Below, in pieces: positions 11,179-22,198 of a stretch of DNA of 64,000 nucleotides. Source of the stretch: Marsupella aquatica. Lineage: Eukaryota; Plantae; Marchantiophyta. Every line of letters begins with the position of its first letter. Positions within the stretch are counted from its first letter, which is position 1. The stretch spans positions 4,593,925 to 4,657,924 of the forward strand of contig OZ316896.1 in the NCBI GenBank assembly GCA_973895155.1. The letters run 5' to 3'. Made by a program: the position numbers and the translations under genes. The notes beneath the pieces were generated by a model that worked only from the letters and a program-made list of their open reading frames with translations, was not told the origin of the DNA and ran no database searches.

Positions 11179-12642
11179 GTTTCTGCCTTGAAAGATTGAT
11201 GGACTTCCATTTTGGAGCTCATTGGTCTCTTCGTGCCGTACTGACGGTCTAGGTCTACTCTCCGAATTAATGTTTTCTCCAGTCTGTAGTCAAGTTGACC
11301 GATGAAGCGTCATTGAATTCGAGAGTTGTGGGCATACCTTTTTCTTTCTTCCCAGGCCGCCGGCCGCACGTCACATGGATGGCCTACGTTAGTCAGCAAT
11401 ACCACCGCCGGTGACAGGGGAGCATGCTCGTGTCCTTCAATTCAAACCGTTGACCCTACGGATTTTCGAGGGCCTACACCCTCTAATCTGATGTAAGTTA
11501 CCCTACCTCAAGTAGACTGCTCTGTATTATATGAGAGTTAGAAGAGAACTTCAGGGAAAGTATGAAAAATTGATTGGACTGTTTGAAAGTCAACTTCTTA
11601 GGCTTGTGGCTCCGGGCTCAATAGTAAGTTTTCGTCCGTGGTCCCGCTCTCTTACAGTACTATGCTGAAGCCAGGAAAAAGGCGAGGGGGCCTTGAGCTG
11701 CCCTATCAAAAGTTCTTAGTAACAACTTTTTCCTAGTTGCACAATATTTAGGAAGATGTTTCAATTACCTCACTTGTCAAGTCCCGAAATCAGGTCAGTC
11801 AACGAGATTAAAAATTTGAGCGGGATGGTTTTCTTGATTTGTTGCCAGCTTCAGCACTGATGCGAAGGTGAGTTCAGGATACTGATTGGAGTCAGCTCCA
11901 TGCGTTACTGATAAGATCCACCAGTCGAGATTTTCAGTTTACTGCCAACAACGAGCCCGGCGGATGGTCATCCTTCTCTAACAAATTTCTTTCAGCACTG
12001 ACTCAGTTAGCGATCTGGGCTGATAGTAAGTTGCACATTCGTTCGTCGAGATAGGCCACTCCGTAATAAACTTTTTCGAGCTTGTATAAGGCTCACTGTA
12101 GATGTCATCAAAAAATTTTTCAACGATATCGAGGCAGAGGCCATGAATTCTGAATCAGATCAAATACCATCTGAAAAAAAAACATAATTGTACAACTGAC
12201 AGGCGAGTCAATGAAATCTAAAATGATGGACTCCGCTCGAGTAACTTGTCTTTACTCTCGAGGAATTGCCACCTCATTCTCTATGTTCTAATCTAGCAAC
12301 CGAACGACTTGTAAGATCATTCGATCAAATTTAATTTCTTCCATTTGCTCCCTTGCCAAAAAAGTCAGCTCTAAGGCACTGATTTCCAAAACCATCTCGA
12401 AGTTGCTCGTGACCACTCTATGTTTGTTCGAACCTACTCACGGCGAAGTCTAAACAACACAACATTACAAAGATTCTTCACTTTGTTCAGGCAGGTGATT
12501 CGAGGAGGGCCTGCTGGAGAGTTGTCGGACTTCATTGTGTGTTGTAGCCGAGCCAGCATTCTCTTGAAAACGGTGACTCTACGTGCCCACAGGAACCCAG
12601 CTCGTCTCGGACATGACTTGCGTGATACTGTGGTCATCTGGG

Positions 12643-15600
12643 TTAAGATTTGTTGATATTGGGTCGTCTTCCTCCAGAGTCTGGATTGCCGCTACTGCTC
12701 CACACAGTGGTCGAAGTCTGAGAACTGTTCTTCGAGGGGTCGAGTTCAAACAACGAATCTTCAGACCTGGGATGATCCTCACGCAAATCTCCGCTGTATG
12801 CATCAGCGGTATCAATCCCATCCTCAGTCTTGCAATAGGCCCCTTTCCACAACTCCTCCAGCTGAGTTACGACCTCTCCAATTGTTGGCCTTTCGTCCGG
12901 GTTGTCCCGGCAGCACACCAGTGCTAATCTCGTGATGCTGTCCATTGCTCGATGGGAATACGACCCTCTGATCCGGAGATCGACCATCCTCGCCAACGCT
13001 CCCTGATCATAAGCGATGTTCACCTCCCTCACCAAATTCTTTCCATCTGAGATGGGCTGCTCGCCAGTCACCAACACCAGCAGCACCACTCCGAAACTGT
13101 ACACATCGCTCTTGTCAGTGAGCCGATGGGTTTTGAAGTACTCAGGATCCAGATAACCAGGAGTCCCCTTCACCACAGTGGACACATAGCCCACCATGCC
13201 ACCCAAATCTGGCTGTGGAGCCAGCTTAGAAAGACCGAAATCCGCAACTTTAGAATGGAACGATTCATCAATCAAAATATTACTCGCCTTAATATCACGG
13301 TGATATATCGGTGGGTTAGCCTGCGTGTGAAGGTAGTGTATCCCTCTGGCTGAATCGAGAGCGATTTGGAGCCGGGTGAAGAAGGTAAGAGGAACTCTCG
13401 CTGCAGGAGACAAATGCCATAACAGAGAACCATAGGCTACGAATTCATAGACCAGCACCTGCTCGCCCTGGTCATTGCAATAGCCGATCAGAGCAACCAG
13501 ATTTTTATGGTGAACTCGGGACAGCAGCTGGATCTCGGTCTCAAACTCGATAGACCCCTGGTGAGAGCTCGCCTCCGCACGCTTGACAGCAACCTTCTGA
13601 CCATCCTCCAATGTCCCGCTGTACACCTTGCCATATCCCCCCTCGCCTACAAGTCTCTCATCGCTAAAGTTATCAGTGGCCTTCTCGAGCTCTTCCAACG
13701 TAAACTCCTTCACACTGGCCACCTTAATGCCCGAGAAGCTCCTCCTCTTAAAGGTGGACTTCTTCCCTCTATATTTGTGGTCAGATTTCTCGTTCTTTTT
13801 CCGGCTCGAAATCAGCCAGTATTTCAGCATGTAATACATACACACGGTTTTGAGCACCACGAATGTCAGCACTCCTACCACAATACCAACGATTGCTCCC
13901 TTTGATAATCCATTCGACTTCCCTTTTGAAGCCATTGGCAAGAAGGAAAACGAAATCAGGTCATACGGTCCCAAAAGGTTACTGCTCGGGAGCTTCCAAT
14001 TGGCGAAAACGCTGTAGATCCTGGCCGCTTCGCTGCCATCAAACTGTGCTCCAGGGGGGAACAAGAGGATCGTAAAGAGGAGCTTGTAGCCCGGCTGGTA
14101 AACGTAGCTTTGTACCTGGACCTGATTGACGTCCACATTCAATCCAATAGCAAGATAGGCTTGAAGTTGCGGCAGGTAGGGGTCTACCAGATAAAAGCTT
14201 GGACTCGTGAGCTGCCACTGGACGGTGATGGGCACGGCACATCGGCAGTCATTTGGTGAGGATACGCCGGGGACGAGAGCATATGGAACTTTACATGCAG
14301 CAGAGCAAGTGTTCTGGTACGAGGACTCCAACGGAGCGGATATGACTCCTCCAATGTCCATATAGGCAGCAATGTCTCTAGGAACACACAAAACATTGTT
14401 CTGCTGTGAAGCACTGGTGCTGCAGAACGGATTGCCATATAACCAGACCGACGTATTCCCATCTGGGCCCTTCTCACCGAGCAGGTTCGTTGTGTTGGCC
14501 ACGCTGGAAATATAATTTTTCTGGAAGTCGAAAATGGTGGACTGGTGCCCATTGCTACTCAAATTCGAAGGTATCTGGCCGCTGATACGGTTCCCCATCA
14601 GCTCCAAGATCTGCAAAGACAGTAAGGAGCCCAACGACTCTGGAACAGTCCCCGAAAGGCTGTTGTGAGAAAGGTCAACGGTGGTAAGGTTGGGAGACAT
14701 GGTGGAGTTGGTTATGGATCCAGTGAGTGAGTTGTGACTCAAGTCGATCACTGCCAGCGAACTCGATCCACTAAAATCTGGGATGCCTCCCGTCAGATTA
14801 CAGTTCCTCAAACGCAAAGTCACCAAATTCGGCATTGTCCCGAACTCTACCGGAATGGAATCGAAATTGTTGTTATCAAGCTGGACGGCCACCAAGTTTG
14901 GCATGCTGGCAATCTCTACGGGCAAACTCCCTGTAAAGTTATTGCTGTCCAGAAACAAATACTGAATGGTCGTCAGGTTGGTGAGACCCACAGAAATGCC
15001 GCCGTCCAAAGAATTGTTATTCAGCTGGATGTGCTGAACGCTGGCTAGATAAGGATAGGCAAATGTGTCCGGGATTTGCCCAGATAGGTTGTTGTTGTCG
15101 ATTTGAATTCTGATGAGGCTCGGGAGAAAACCCAATTCTCTGGGCAGTGGTCCGCTTAATTGGTTTCCGCTCAGGAGTAAGAAGCTCAGACTTTTCAATT
15201 TGCCAATGGCTACTGGAATGCTCCCTGAGATTTGATTCCACATCACATTCAGATACTTGAGAGCTGACAAGTCTCCAACTTCTGCAGCTAGGCTCCCCTT
15301 CAGATTGAGCTCGAGTAACCTCAGTTCTGTAACGTGTGAGAAGTTGCTGCCCGTGAGGTCGCTGGGGTAGTCCGCTGAGACACAGTACACTCCGACCCAT
15401 CCATCACCACAAGGGTCCCCTCCTCCCCAGTTGCTCAGACTCTTAGAACTGTCAACCACGCTGTTCTTGATAGCCTGGAGAGCAGTAATATCTCCAGGGT
15501 ATGTTGTAGATGACGCAACTCCACATAAGATGGCCAAACTGGAAATCCAGAAGATGTTTTCGATCAATTTCCGATCCGTGAGCACTCCTTTACTACATCC

Positions 15601-15645
15601 TCGTCCTGCCATATTGACGAGTTCAGTCCTGCCACCCCAAAACAT
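12643..15645 (-). CDS. Leucine-rich-repeat receptor-like Ser/Thr kinase, LRR-VIII-1 (At1g06840/HPCA1-like) type, single exon
   Basis: 1000-aa uninterrupted ORF: signal peptide, LRRNT (WGGGDPC..W.GV.C), plant LRRs (LSGxIPxxL), Cys-containing juxtamembrane region (C..PY..VP....CRCAVP), TM GAIVGIVVGVLTFVVL, intact RD kinase (GEGGYG, VAVK, HRDIKASN, DFG, GTPGYLDPEY, SDVYSFGV). Start may be ATG 15645 or 15612. Confidence 0.95.
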   Translation of the reverse strand: MFWGGRTELVNMAGRGCSKGVLTDRKLIENIFWISSLAILCGVASSTTYPGDITALQAIKNSVVDSSKSLSNWGGGDPCGDGWVGVYCVSADYPSDLTGSNFSHVTELRLLELNLKGSLAAEVGDLSALKYLNVMWNQISGSIPVAIGKLKSLSFLLLSGNQLSGPLPRELGFLPSLIRIQIDNNNLSGQIPDTFAYPYLASVQHIQLNNNSLDGGISVGLTNLTTIQYLFLDSNNFTGSLPVEIASMPNLVAVQLDNNNFDSIPVEFGTMPNLVTLRLRNCNLTGGIPDFSGSSSLAVIDLSHNSLTGSITNSTMSPNLTTVDLSHNSLSGTVPESLGSLLSLQILELMGNRISGQIPSNLSSNGHQSTIFDFQKNYISSVANTTNLLGEKGPDGNTSVWLYGNPFCSTSASQQNNVLCVPRDIAAYMDIGGVISAPLESSYQNTCSAACKVPYALVPGVSSPNDCRCAVPITVQWQLTSPSFYLVDPYLPQLQAYLAIGLNVDVNQVQVQSYVYQPGYKLLFTILLFPPGAQFDGSEAARIYSVFANWKLPSSNLLGPYDLISFSFLPMASKGKSNGLSKGAIVGIVVGVLTFVVLKTVCMYYMLKYWLISSRKKNEKSDHKYRGKKSTFKRRSFSGIKVASVKEFTLEELEKATDNFSDERLVGEGGYGKVYSGTLEDGQKVAVKRAEASSHQGSIEFETEIQLLSRVHHKNLVALIGYCNDQGEQVLVYEFVAYGSLLWHLSPAARVPLTFFTRLQIALDSARGIHYLHTQANPPIYHRDIKASNILIDESFHSKVADFGLSKLAPQPDLGGMVGYVSTVVKGTPGYLDPEYFKTHRLTDKSDVYSFGVVLLVLVTGEQPISDGKNLVREVNIAYDQGALARMVDLRIRGSYSHRAMDSITRLALVCCRDNPDERPTIGEVVTQLEELWKGAYCKTEDGIDTADAYSGDLREDHPRSEDSLFELDPSKNSSQTSTTVWSSSGNPDSGGRRPNINKS

Positions 15646-16989
15646 CCCTAAAGTCCCCTACGGAACTTGTGCTCTCATGATTAGTCCGGAAAATAAGGTA
15701 AGTTTGAGATTTAGCATCGACAAACTCGTTCTGGTCAGATCAAGATTTGGACGAAGGACAACTCTAGCTTTCTGCGATCAGTGACAGAAGTGAAGTCCGT
15801 TTAGCCATCCTCCTCCCAGCGACATCAGGAAACCTCGCAGTATCTCCAATTGAACTAGACTTAAGTCTAACCACGCATCTTTTAGACAGGCTGACACTGT
15901 CTTGTAAAATTTCAATCGGGCGCCTGCTGAAAAGGAAATTCTTCTGCTTCTCTAGCTAGGTGGCTTCTGCAGTCACTGAAAACGGGACTGCATACTGCGC
16001 TCTGCTCCTTGGAAGGTCTCGTTCTCAGAGGAGATGCGAGTCCACCTGTACGGAAGGCAACGCAATGCTGCTGGTCAGCAAGTACCTCTAATAATTTGAA
16101 CATCCGCGCTTGAGTCCATCGGAATGCTAGTTGCACCTGCTCCGAGCTCTCGTCGGGTTTCAACTGGGGATGACTGTAGTGAGCTCATCACGCTCGAGTC
16201 CACATCATCCATGAGTGTTTCAAGGAGAAGTGGTGGTAAGGACATGGATGCCGCGAAAGAGTAATCACTATTTGTCCATTTTTAGTTTTAGCCCAATCGA
16301 GATAATAGCATGCTAGAACTTTGAACGGTGGGGCGGGTGGCCCCAGCCCATTGTCAACATGCGGCTAAATGGCACAACAACTGACGACACCTCGTCACAC
16401 ACCAGCAGGAGTCCAAGTGATGTCATCTAACGGTTTCAGCTGTCGAGAGCGATGCTTCTACCGTAGATTCTCTTACGTGAATACCCCGGAGGTCGAAATG
16501 CACAGCAACGGGGTGTAGGGTGAGGCCAGAAAGACAGCCCATTCCTTTCATGTCAACCGTGTAACGAAAGTAGAGGAATGCAAACCAGAGCGGCGTCAAG
16601 CTGGGGCGCTCTGATTTCCTACGATTTATCATTATATAATCTTGGCAAGCAATCACGAGAGGCCTCTGACCAGAGATATTGCGAATGTCTCACTTGACAC
16701 AGCGGAAGCCTCGTTGGTTGCATCTTTGCATGCACTGGGTGGAGCGCGTATGACCATGGATTAGAGAGCCCTGCGGTCACTGTGTACAACTGGGACGATC
16801 ACCTAAGCATCTCGTGGGATCTGGAATGTTGTCGCAAGCGATGAGAAGCAAGTTCAATTCTTACATTTTACTCAAACATGACCTGGCAAGTACTTTACAG
16901 TTTGTCCAGTTCTTAGAAGAAAACAAAGGTGACTAAAAAAAAACCTTGCAAGGAATGGATTCATCATTATTCACAATTTGTCCCCACCC

Positions 16990-17084
16990 CCAAAGTTAAG
17001 TGACGCAGGCAGCGTTGTGGTCTAGTGGCTTCACTCTAGACATAGGCCACAAAAGTAGGTTTCTATCTCGAATTAGCAGTAAGA
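16990..17084 (-). mobile_element. Truncated 5' end of the non-autonomous Helitron-like family
   Basis: Family motif tctagtggcttcactctaga ~45 nt from a terminus ...taaga|t, as in the copies ending at 19822, 21787 and 39940. Confidence 0.45.
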
Positions 17085-17149
17085 TGCCCCTGGGGATGTG
17101 GTTGCTGCCACGCCGAGGCAAAACAAGGAAGTGTTGCAGCCAGGCAGTA

Positions 17150-17550
17150 AGGGGCATCGCATGTCTGGCCATGGCACCTCCAGAGTGCAACGGTCTGTCT
17201 CCGTGCCCAACCCCCAATGGAGAGAGGGGGGAGGAGAGAAAGGGGACGGACATGGGCGAGAAGGAAAAGACGAAGACGAAAAACACAGGCTCCTTTCCTT
17301 GCCAGTCCCTTGCCTACTCCTTTCCTTCGCATCCCTCCTCGCCTGCACTCAGAAGCACCATTGAAGGTGGACCAATGCTCGGGTAGGGTGTGGGGTAGGC
17401 CGTGGGGAAAGGGAGGCAGCATTCTTTTCTGTTCCGCCCTTTCCCTCCCTTTTCTCTCCTCCCCCTCCCCCATGGGCAGTGGGTGGGGAGGCAGACCGTC
17501 TAAAACTGACCAAGGCCCTGCGGGCAGGCCATTGGGCAAGCTTTAGGAGG
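17150..17550. repeat. GC-rich fold-back (imperfect long inverted repeat, MITE-like)
   Basis: acggtctgtctcc...ggggaggagagaaagggg (~17190-17245) pairs with cccttttctctcctccccc...ggaggcagaccgt (~17445-17500). Confidence 0.55.
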
Positions 17551-19231
17551 GTTTTGCTGGCAATCCAGCAGTGCAAATAATCATGCCCATGATCCCATGG
17601 GCCAGGATTGGAATGGGCCGACAACTCTTTTGTGAACAGAATATGGACCAGTTTTGGAAGGAATACATATCAAAGTGGCAGATGAGAATGACAAGGCAAG
17701 CTCACTTGGGAGTTGGGACCTCAAAGCCAAACTACTCGAGCCAAATCGACTTCTCAGACCAACATGTCTAATAATACCAGGACGTAAAGGAGCTGAGAGT
17801 ACACTCTGTGGCCTAATTTATCTCAAGGATGAGCAGAGACACAGATATTCCTCCAAGGTTTCCATATATATCCAGGAAGATTCATTCTTTGCTAATTTCA
17901 CAAATCGATATTGTAGAATGTCTACTCCTTCATTGATACTTCTCAATTAACGTCGTCCTTTAGGATTCAAGGGTTTCTTTGTTGTCCCACAGCCAATGTT
18001 CTAATGGCCAACTTGAGGGTATTCTAAAGGGAGTCTAGATGCCACCTGTGTCCTGTCCCTCGAAGTGAGCCAGGTCAACTCAACATATAGTCGATCAAAA
18101 AGTCTCCATAGTCAGTCAAAATAGCCCTTCTGTCATTTACAGTTTTACGCCGAAGTACTGATTGAACTATTTTGCCATAAAGAAAAGTGAAGTCACTCGG
18201 GCCATTTACACTCGAAGGTGCAAAATCTACTGTAGTGACTGTTGCCCACTCACTTCCGAGCAGATCGAATGGGTAACACTGAATAACCTCGGATTTGACA
18301 ATGAATTGCACACTGGGACAACTCCAAGGCAGTAGTAGATCTAACCTGATCTACTACTGAAATTGTACACCTCAAAGCCAAAAACACTCGGCCAAGTGTA
18401 CTAGCTTGACTGACATATTTACTAGCAGAAAAGCACACAAGGCACATGAATTTATGTGGTCTAATTTCATCCCCGATTTTATCTCAAAGGATGGGCAGAT
18501 CGAGATAAGGAAAGAGATTCCTCGAACGCGTCCATAGTCCATGCTATTTCATGAATGATTCACGAGAAATTGCTGTGGACCACTCGGGCGTAAGAGTTAG
18601 AGACCTTGTCAGGTAAAGAACAGGCTGTATGAGATAGAGAGTCGTCAGTGTCTTTATGAACTCACTGCCGATGAGGCTATGACTTTATCGATGGCCCAAG
18701 TTGAGAAGAAATTTAATTGGCCACCATTTGCGCATTGTCTGTCCTGGAGTCGAAGTCCACTTGCTGTTGGTGGTCAGTGGTGTCAATCTTGTCCCTGCTT
18801 GGCTGCTGGGGGCTGTCAGTAGAGCCAATTGATCAGTAAGGTGCCATCGATCACCTATTCTAGGCGCCGGAGGAGTCTTTCAGGTTGTCCCACGTCACGT
18901 ACTGCCCTCTAGCATGTCGAATTGTAGATAATCCTAAGGATGGTAATTAATGTTTAAGGTTTTTCCTATTTAGTCCCGTGGCTAATGTCGACAAGTCCTT
19001 TCCAAAACTCAAGGCATTGTGCCATGTCATCAATCTACAACCAAGCATGAACTTACTGGTTTGCCGTGTTCACCCAACATGCCTGTTTAACATGCCTGTT
19101 TATGTTTGGAGCAACGTCCGCTAAAACTGTTAGGCCCGAGAACAGTAGAAAGTCAAAAAAATCCAAAAAGCTAAATCACAAGTACTAAAGGACCCTTGGA
19201 ATTCTAGTTGTTTTAGTTAAATTATAACAAA

Positions 19232-19822
19232 CTAGCCGGCCTACCCTTGCTTTGAACATGAATGGAGGGGAGTGCAATAAAAATATCACCAAAATATCTA
19301 CACATTCTATTGAATGAAAAAAATCCATCATGCATGTCATCATTTTAATAATTATTCATAAGGTACTCTTAATTATGGAGAGATATGCTTAGTAGATCCC
19401 CTCCTGGAAAAGGTTTGCTTAATAAACGGTCCCCTCAATACTTTTCTCCAATCTGGACCATTGATGGACCTTTCGATCTCAGATCTGGACCGTTGATAGA
19501 CCTCAGGGGGTCTAACAAGTAACAAGTTTCATTTTGGGGGTCTATCAAGTAACAAGTTTCATTTTGGGGGTCAATCAAGCAAATACCTCCTTTTCTATGC
19601 ACATATGTTAGGGTGGGGACATAAAACCCATTTTTTAATGCAAATAAAAATCATGAAAAAAACATGCCTGATTATCATTTGACATACATCATAGTCATGA
19701 GTTTTACATCCACATGATGGGCCATGAAATGAAATTATTATCTAGAGTGTTCACTCTAGAAACCTAGCCCCCAACTCTATGTAGTAAAACTCTATGTAGT
19801 AATTGATGCTTTATAAATAAGA
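19232..19822 (-). mobile_element. Non-autonomous Helitron-like element, copy 1, with a probable nested degenerate MITE at ~19377-19590
   Basis: Minus strand reads A|TCTTATTTATAAAGC...CTAG|T with a degenerate 3' hairpin. Shares ctag..ctaccc...ctttgaacatgaat and ctagagtgttcactctaga with the other copies. Confidence 0.65.
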
Positions 19823-21467
19823 TTTGCTCATGAGTAATTGAGTATGGTCAAAGAGGGATGGCTTCCCTTGATAATGATGATGGTGCTATGTATGATTGAT
19901 GTATTTTTGGGATGGAATACATGCTGATGCAGCCATTATAGGTGGCTACTGTGGATGGAGAAAAGCTACTGTAGGCCTGTTGACAATGGATTGGATGGGG
20001 TAGCAATGCTTAATAATTACACAAAATTGCAACACACAAAATTTACACAAAGTTGCTGTAGCTGCTTCATGGATCAGGCCACTCTGTCCCCTGGGCCCCA
20101 TCCTCTGAAAATCCAGTTCAATCCAGTTGTCGTCTCATTTTTGGGGTTTCGTTTCTGTTTTTGATTAGGGGACATGCACCATTTTTGAGCCCGCAGTGCA
20201 ACTGGCTTGCAGACAGGTAAATTAACCATCTATCTTATAGATTGCATTTTTTTAATGATAAATCTTACACTAGTACAAGTGTAAGAATTCATGTCCCACT
20301 TGCCAATTTAATTTCAACATTTGATGTGGGCCATTAGCTTTTGCCACATTTGTTAGGTTCACTTGCTTGGTTTGGTGAGGAACTCGGTCCATGTGTGTTA
20401 GTTAGTTTCCTCTTTCTTGGTTTTTAGGGGTCTCCCTTTTGCTCCCTTCTTTTCAGTTTGGTTTTGGTCAGCTTTGAACCTCTTTTGGTTGTTCTTTTGT
20501 ACTCTGTTTGGCCATTTCTGTAAAAAATGTATTCTCCTTCAACTACAAGTGCCTGTTTTCAAGTTTTTCTTTGCCTTCAAAGACATGGTCTAAATGAAAA
20601 GTGAAGAGGGTTTTGAGTAAAGGCAACTGATAGGGCGTAAATTGTGCAAAGACTACCGAGACGAAATTCACAAAGATCAGAGCATAATCTTGGAATTCTA
20701 TCACTTTGTTTCTTTTCTAACTAACAAGGTATATGCTTGACTAGAGGGGTCACTTGATTGGACAAGTAGTGGTGATTGAAAGTAGGCAGTGGAGCAAGGA
20801 GGCTTTGCTCTGCTTAGCACCTTCACATAATTGTTTGAGGGATACTGACTCATCCATTCCAGATTGACTTGATGTTTCATCATAGTGATAAGAAGCTCAA
20901 TTTTCTTGGCTCTCCCATCTTATGATGACAACACAAATCTAAGAGACTTGATAAACTCATATATCAGTCAATCAGGCAAACTATTAAGCAAACTATAGTA
21001 TAAGAATTGTTTAACTCATAAATCCAAACATGTAATTATGTAAACCTTAGCTACTTGAATCATATTTGACCATTGCTTAACCCACATTTGACCATTCAAT
21101 TTGTTACTGCCAAAGTGGATTTGCAGTGCATTAATTGTCATCCCCTCAGGCCTCTCTATCAGGTCAAAGGAGAGGCCATTGGTCAGTTGATGACCATTTT
21201 GTAGATTTAGAGGCACGTTCATCTATTAAAGTGCAATCCACTACGTTTTGAACAGAAAGAGAACATCAACTCCAATAATAAACTAGAATGGAGAACTCAC
21301 TGATATTCCTTTGAGTACCAAATATGCAAAAATGAAACACACTAGGGTCAGCTGATTTTGCTGTGTGTCACTGGCCTCAATACCCATGGACTCCCCTACC
21401 TGACTCCCCATGCCAGCCCCTACTCAAAAAGCATAGTCTAAATACCGAAATGTTATATAACTAGAAA

Positions 21468-21787
21468 CTAGCCCAAATACCCGTTCTTTAAACATGAATA
21501 AGGTGAGGATCGATAAAAATGTGCATCTCCCATGCATTCCCACCCCTCCATCATGCAACTCCATCGCCAGCTCCCTAGTACAAGCTACTTCTCAATGTCC
21601 TGGTTTAAATGTCAATATTGAGTGGTTGCCCATTCAGCTACTTGCATTCAATTTTTAGTTGCTTGGCATACTCATAGACCTCTCCCTCCCACCCCAATTT
21701 TTGGTTATGCCCTCAAAGTCACCATCTAGGGACTTCACTCTAGCCAGCTTCTAAAGAGTAGGTTTGGATAGAGGTTCACTACTAAGA
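21468..21787 (-). mobile_element. Non-autonomous Helitron-like element, copy 2
   Basis: a|ctagcccaaatacccgttctttaaacatgaat at one end; ctagggacttcactctag ... taaga|t at the other. Confidence 0.6.
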
Positions 21788-22198
21788 TGGGTGCCCACAG
21801 TTTCACTCCACCTAGTACGCGATGAAAGCTAGACTTCGATAGCATATTATTGATTAAATCTTTGCACATCATAGCGTTACAATATATAAAAAGATAAAGG
21901 AAAGTAAGAGAAAGAATCACATAATTGTTAGGAGACGAGAGTACACGAGAGTATGATCGTACTTGGTAGATTAGGGAGCTTGCCCCAGTTTCTCATCGTT
22001 ATGCCTAAAACACACATCGGGAATGACGGCTGATGCACCGAAACATTTCAGTCTTGTTGCAGAGCAGTTGGACAGTTACTGAATTGGAGTCGTGTCCATA
22101 AAATCTCATGGTGTGTTTGACATGCTTGTCCTGGACGTAGAGAGCTCCACGGAAGGAAAACTGCAAGTGCCCACAGGTTCTTGACTTCATTTTATCTC

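Noticed and set aside
5800-11500. DIRS/Ngaro retrotransposon, or a Starship-like giant element carrying the LRR-RLK
   Set aside because: No gag/RT/RNase H was found. The inverted repeats close the element at 10761, and no matching distal end was seen further along the window.
12420-15784. Small ORFs overlapping the LRR-RLK
   Set aside because: They are antisense or alternative-frame shadows of the 1000-aa ORF with no recognisable motifs.
16996-17624. Cluster of overlapping 88-158-aa ORFs
   Set aside because: By-product of a GC-rich low-complexity fold-back repeat.
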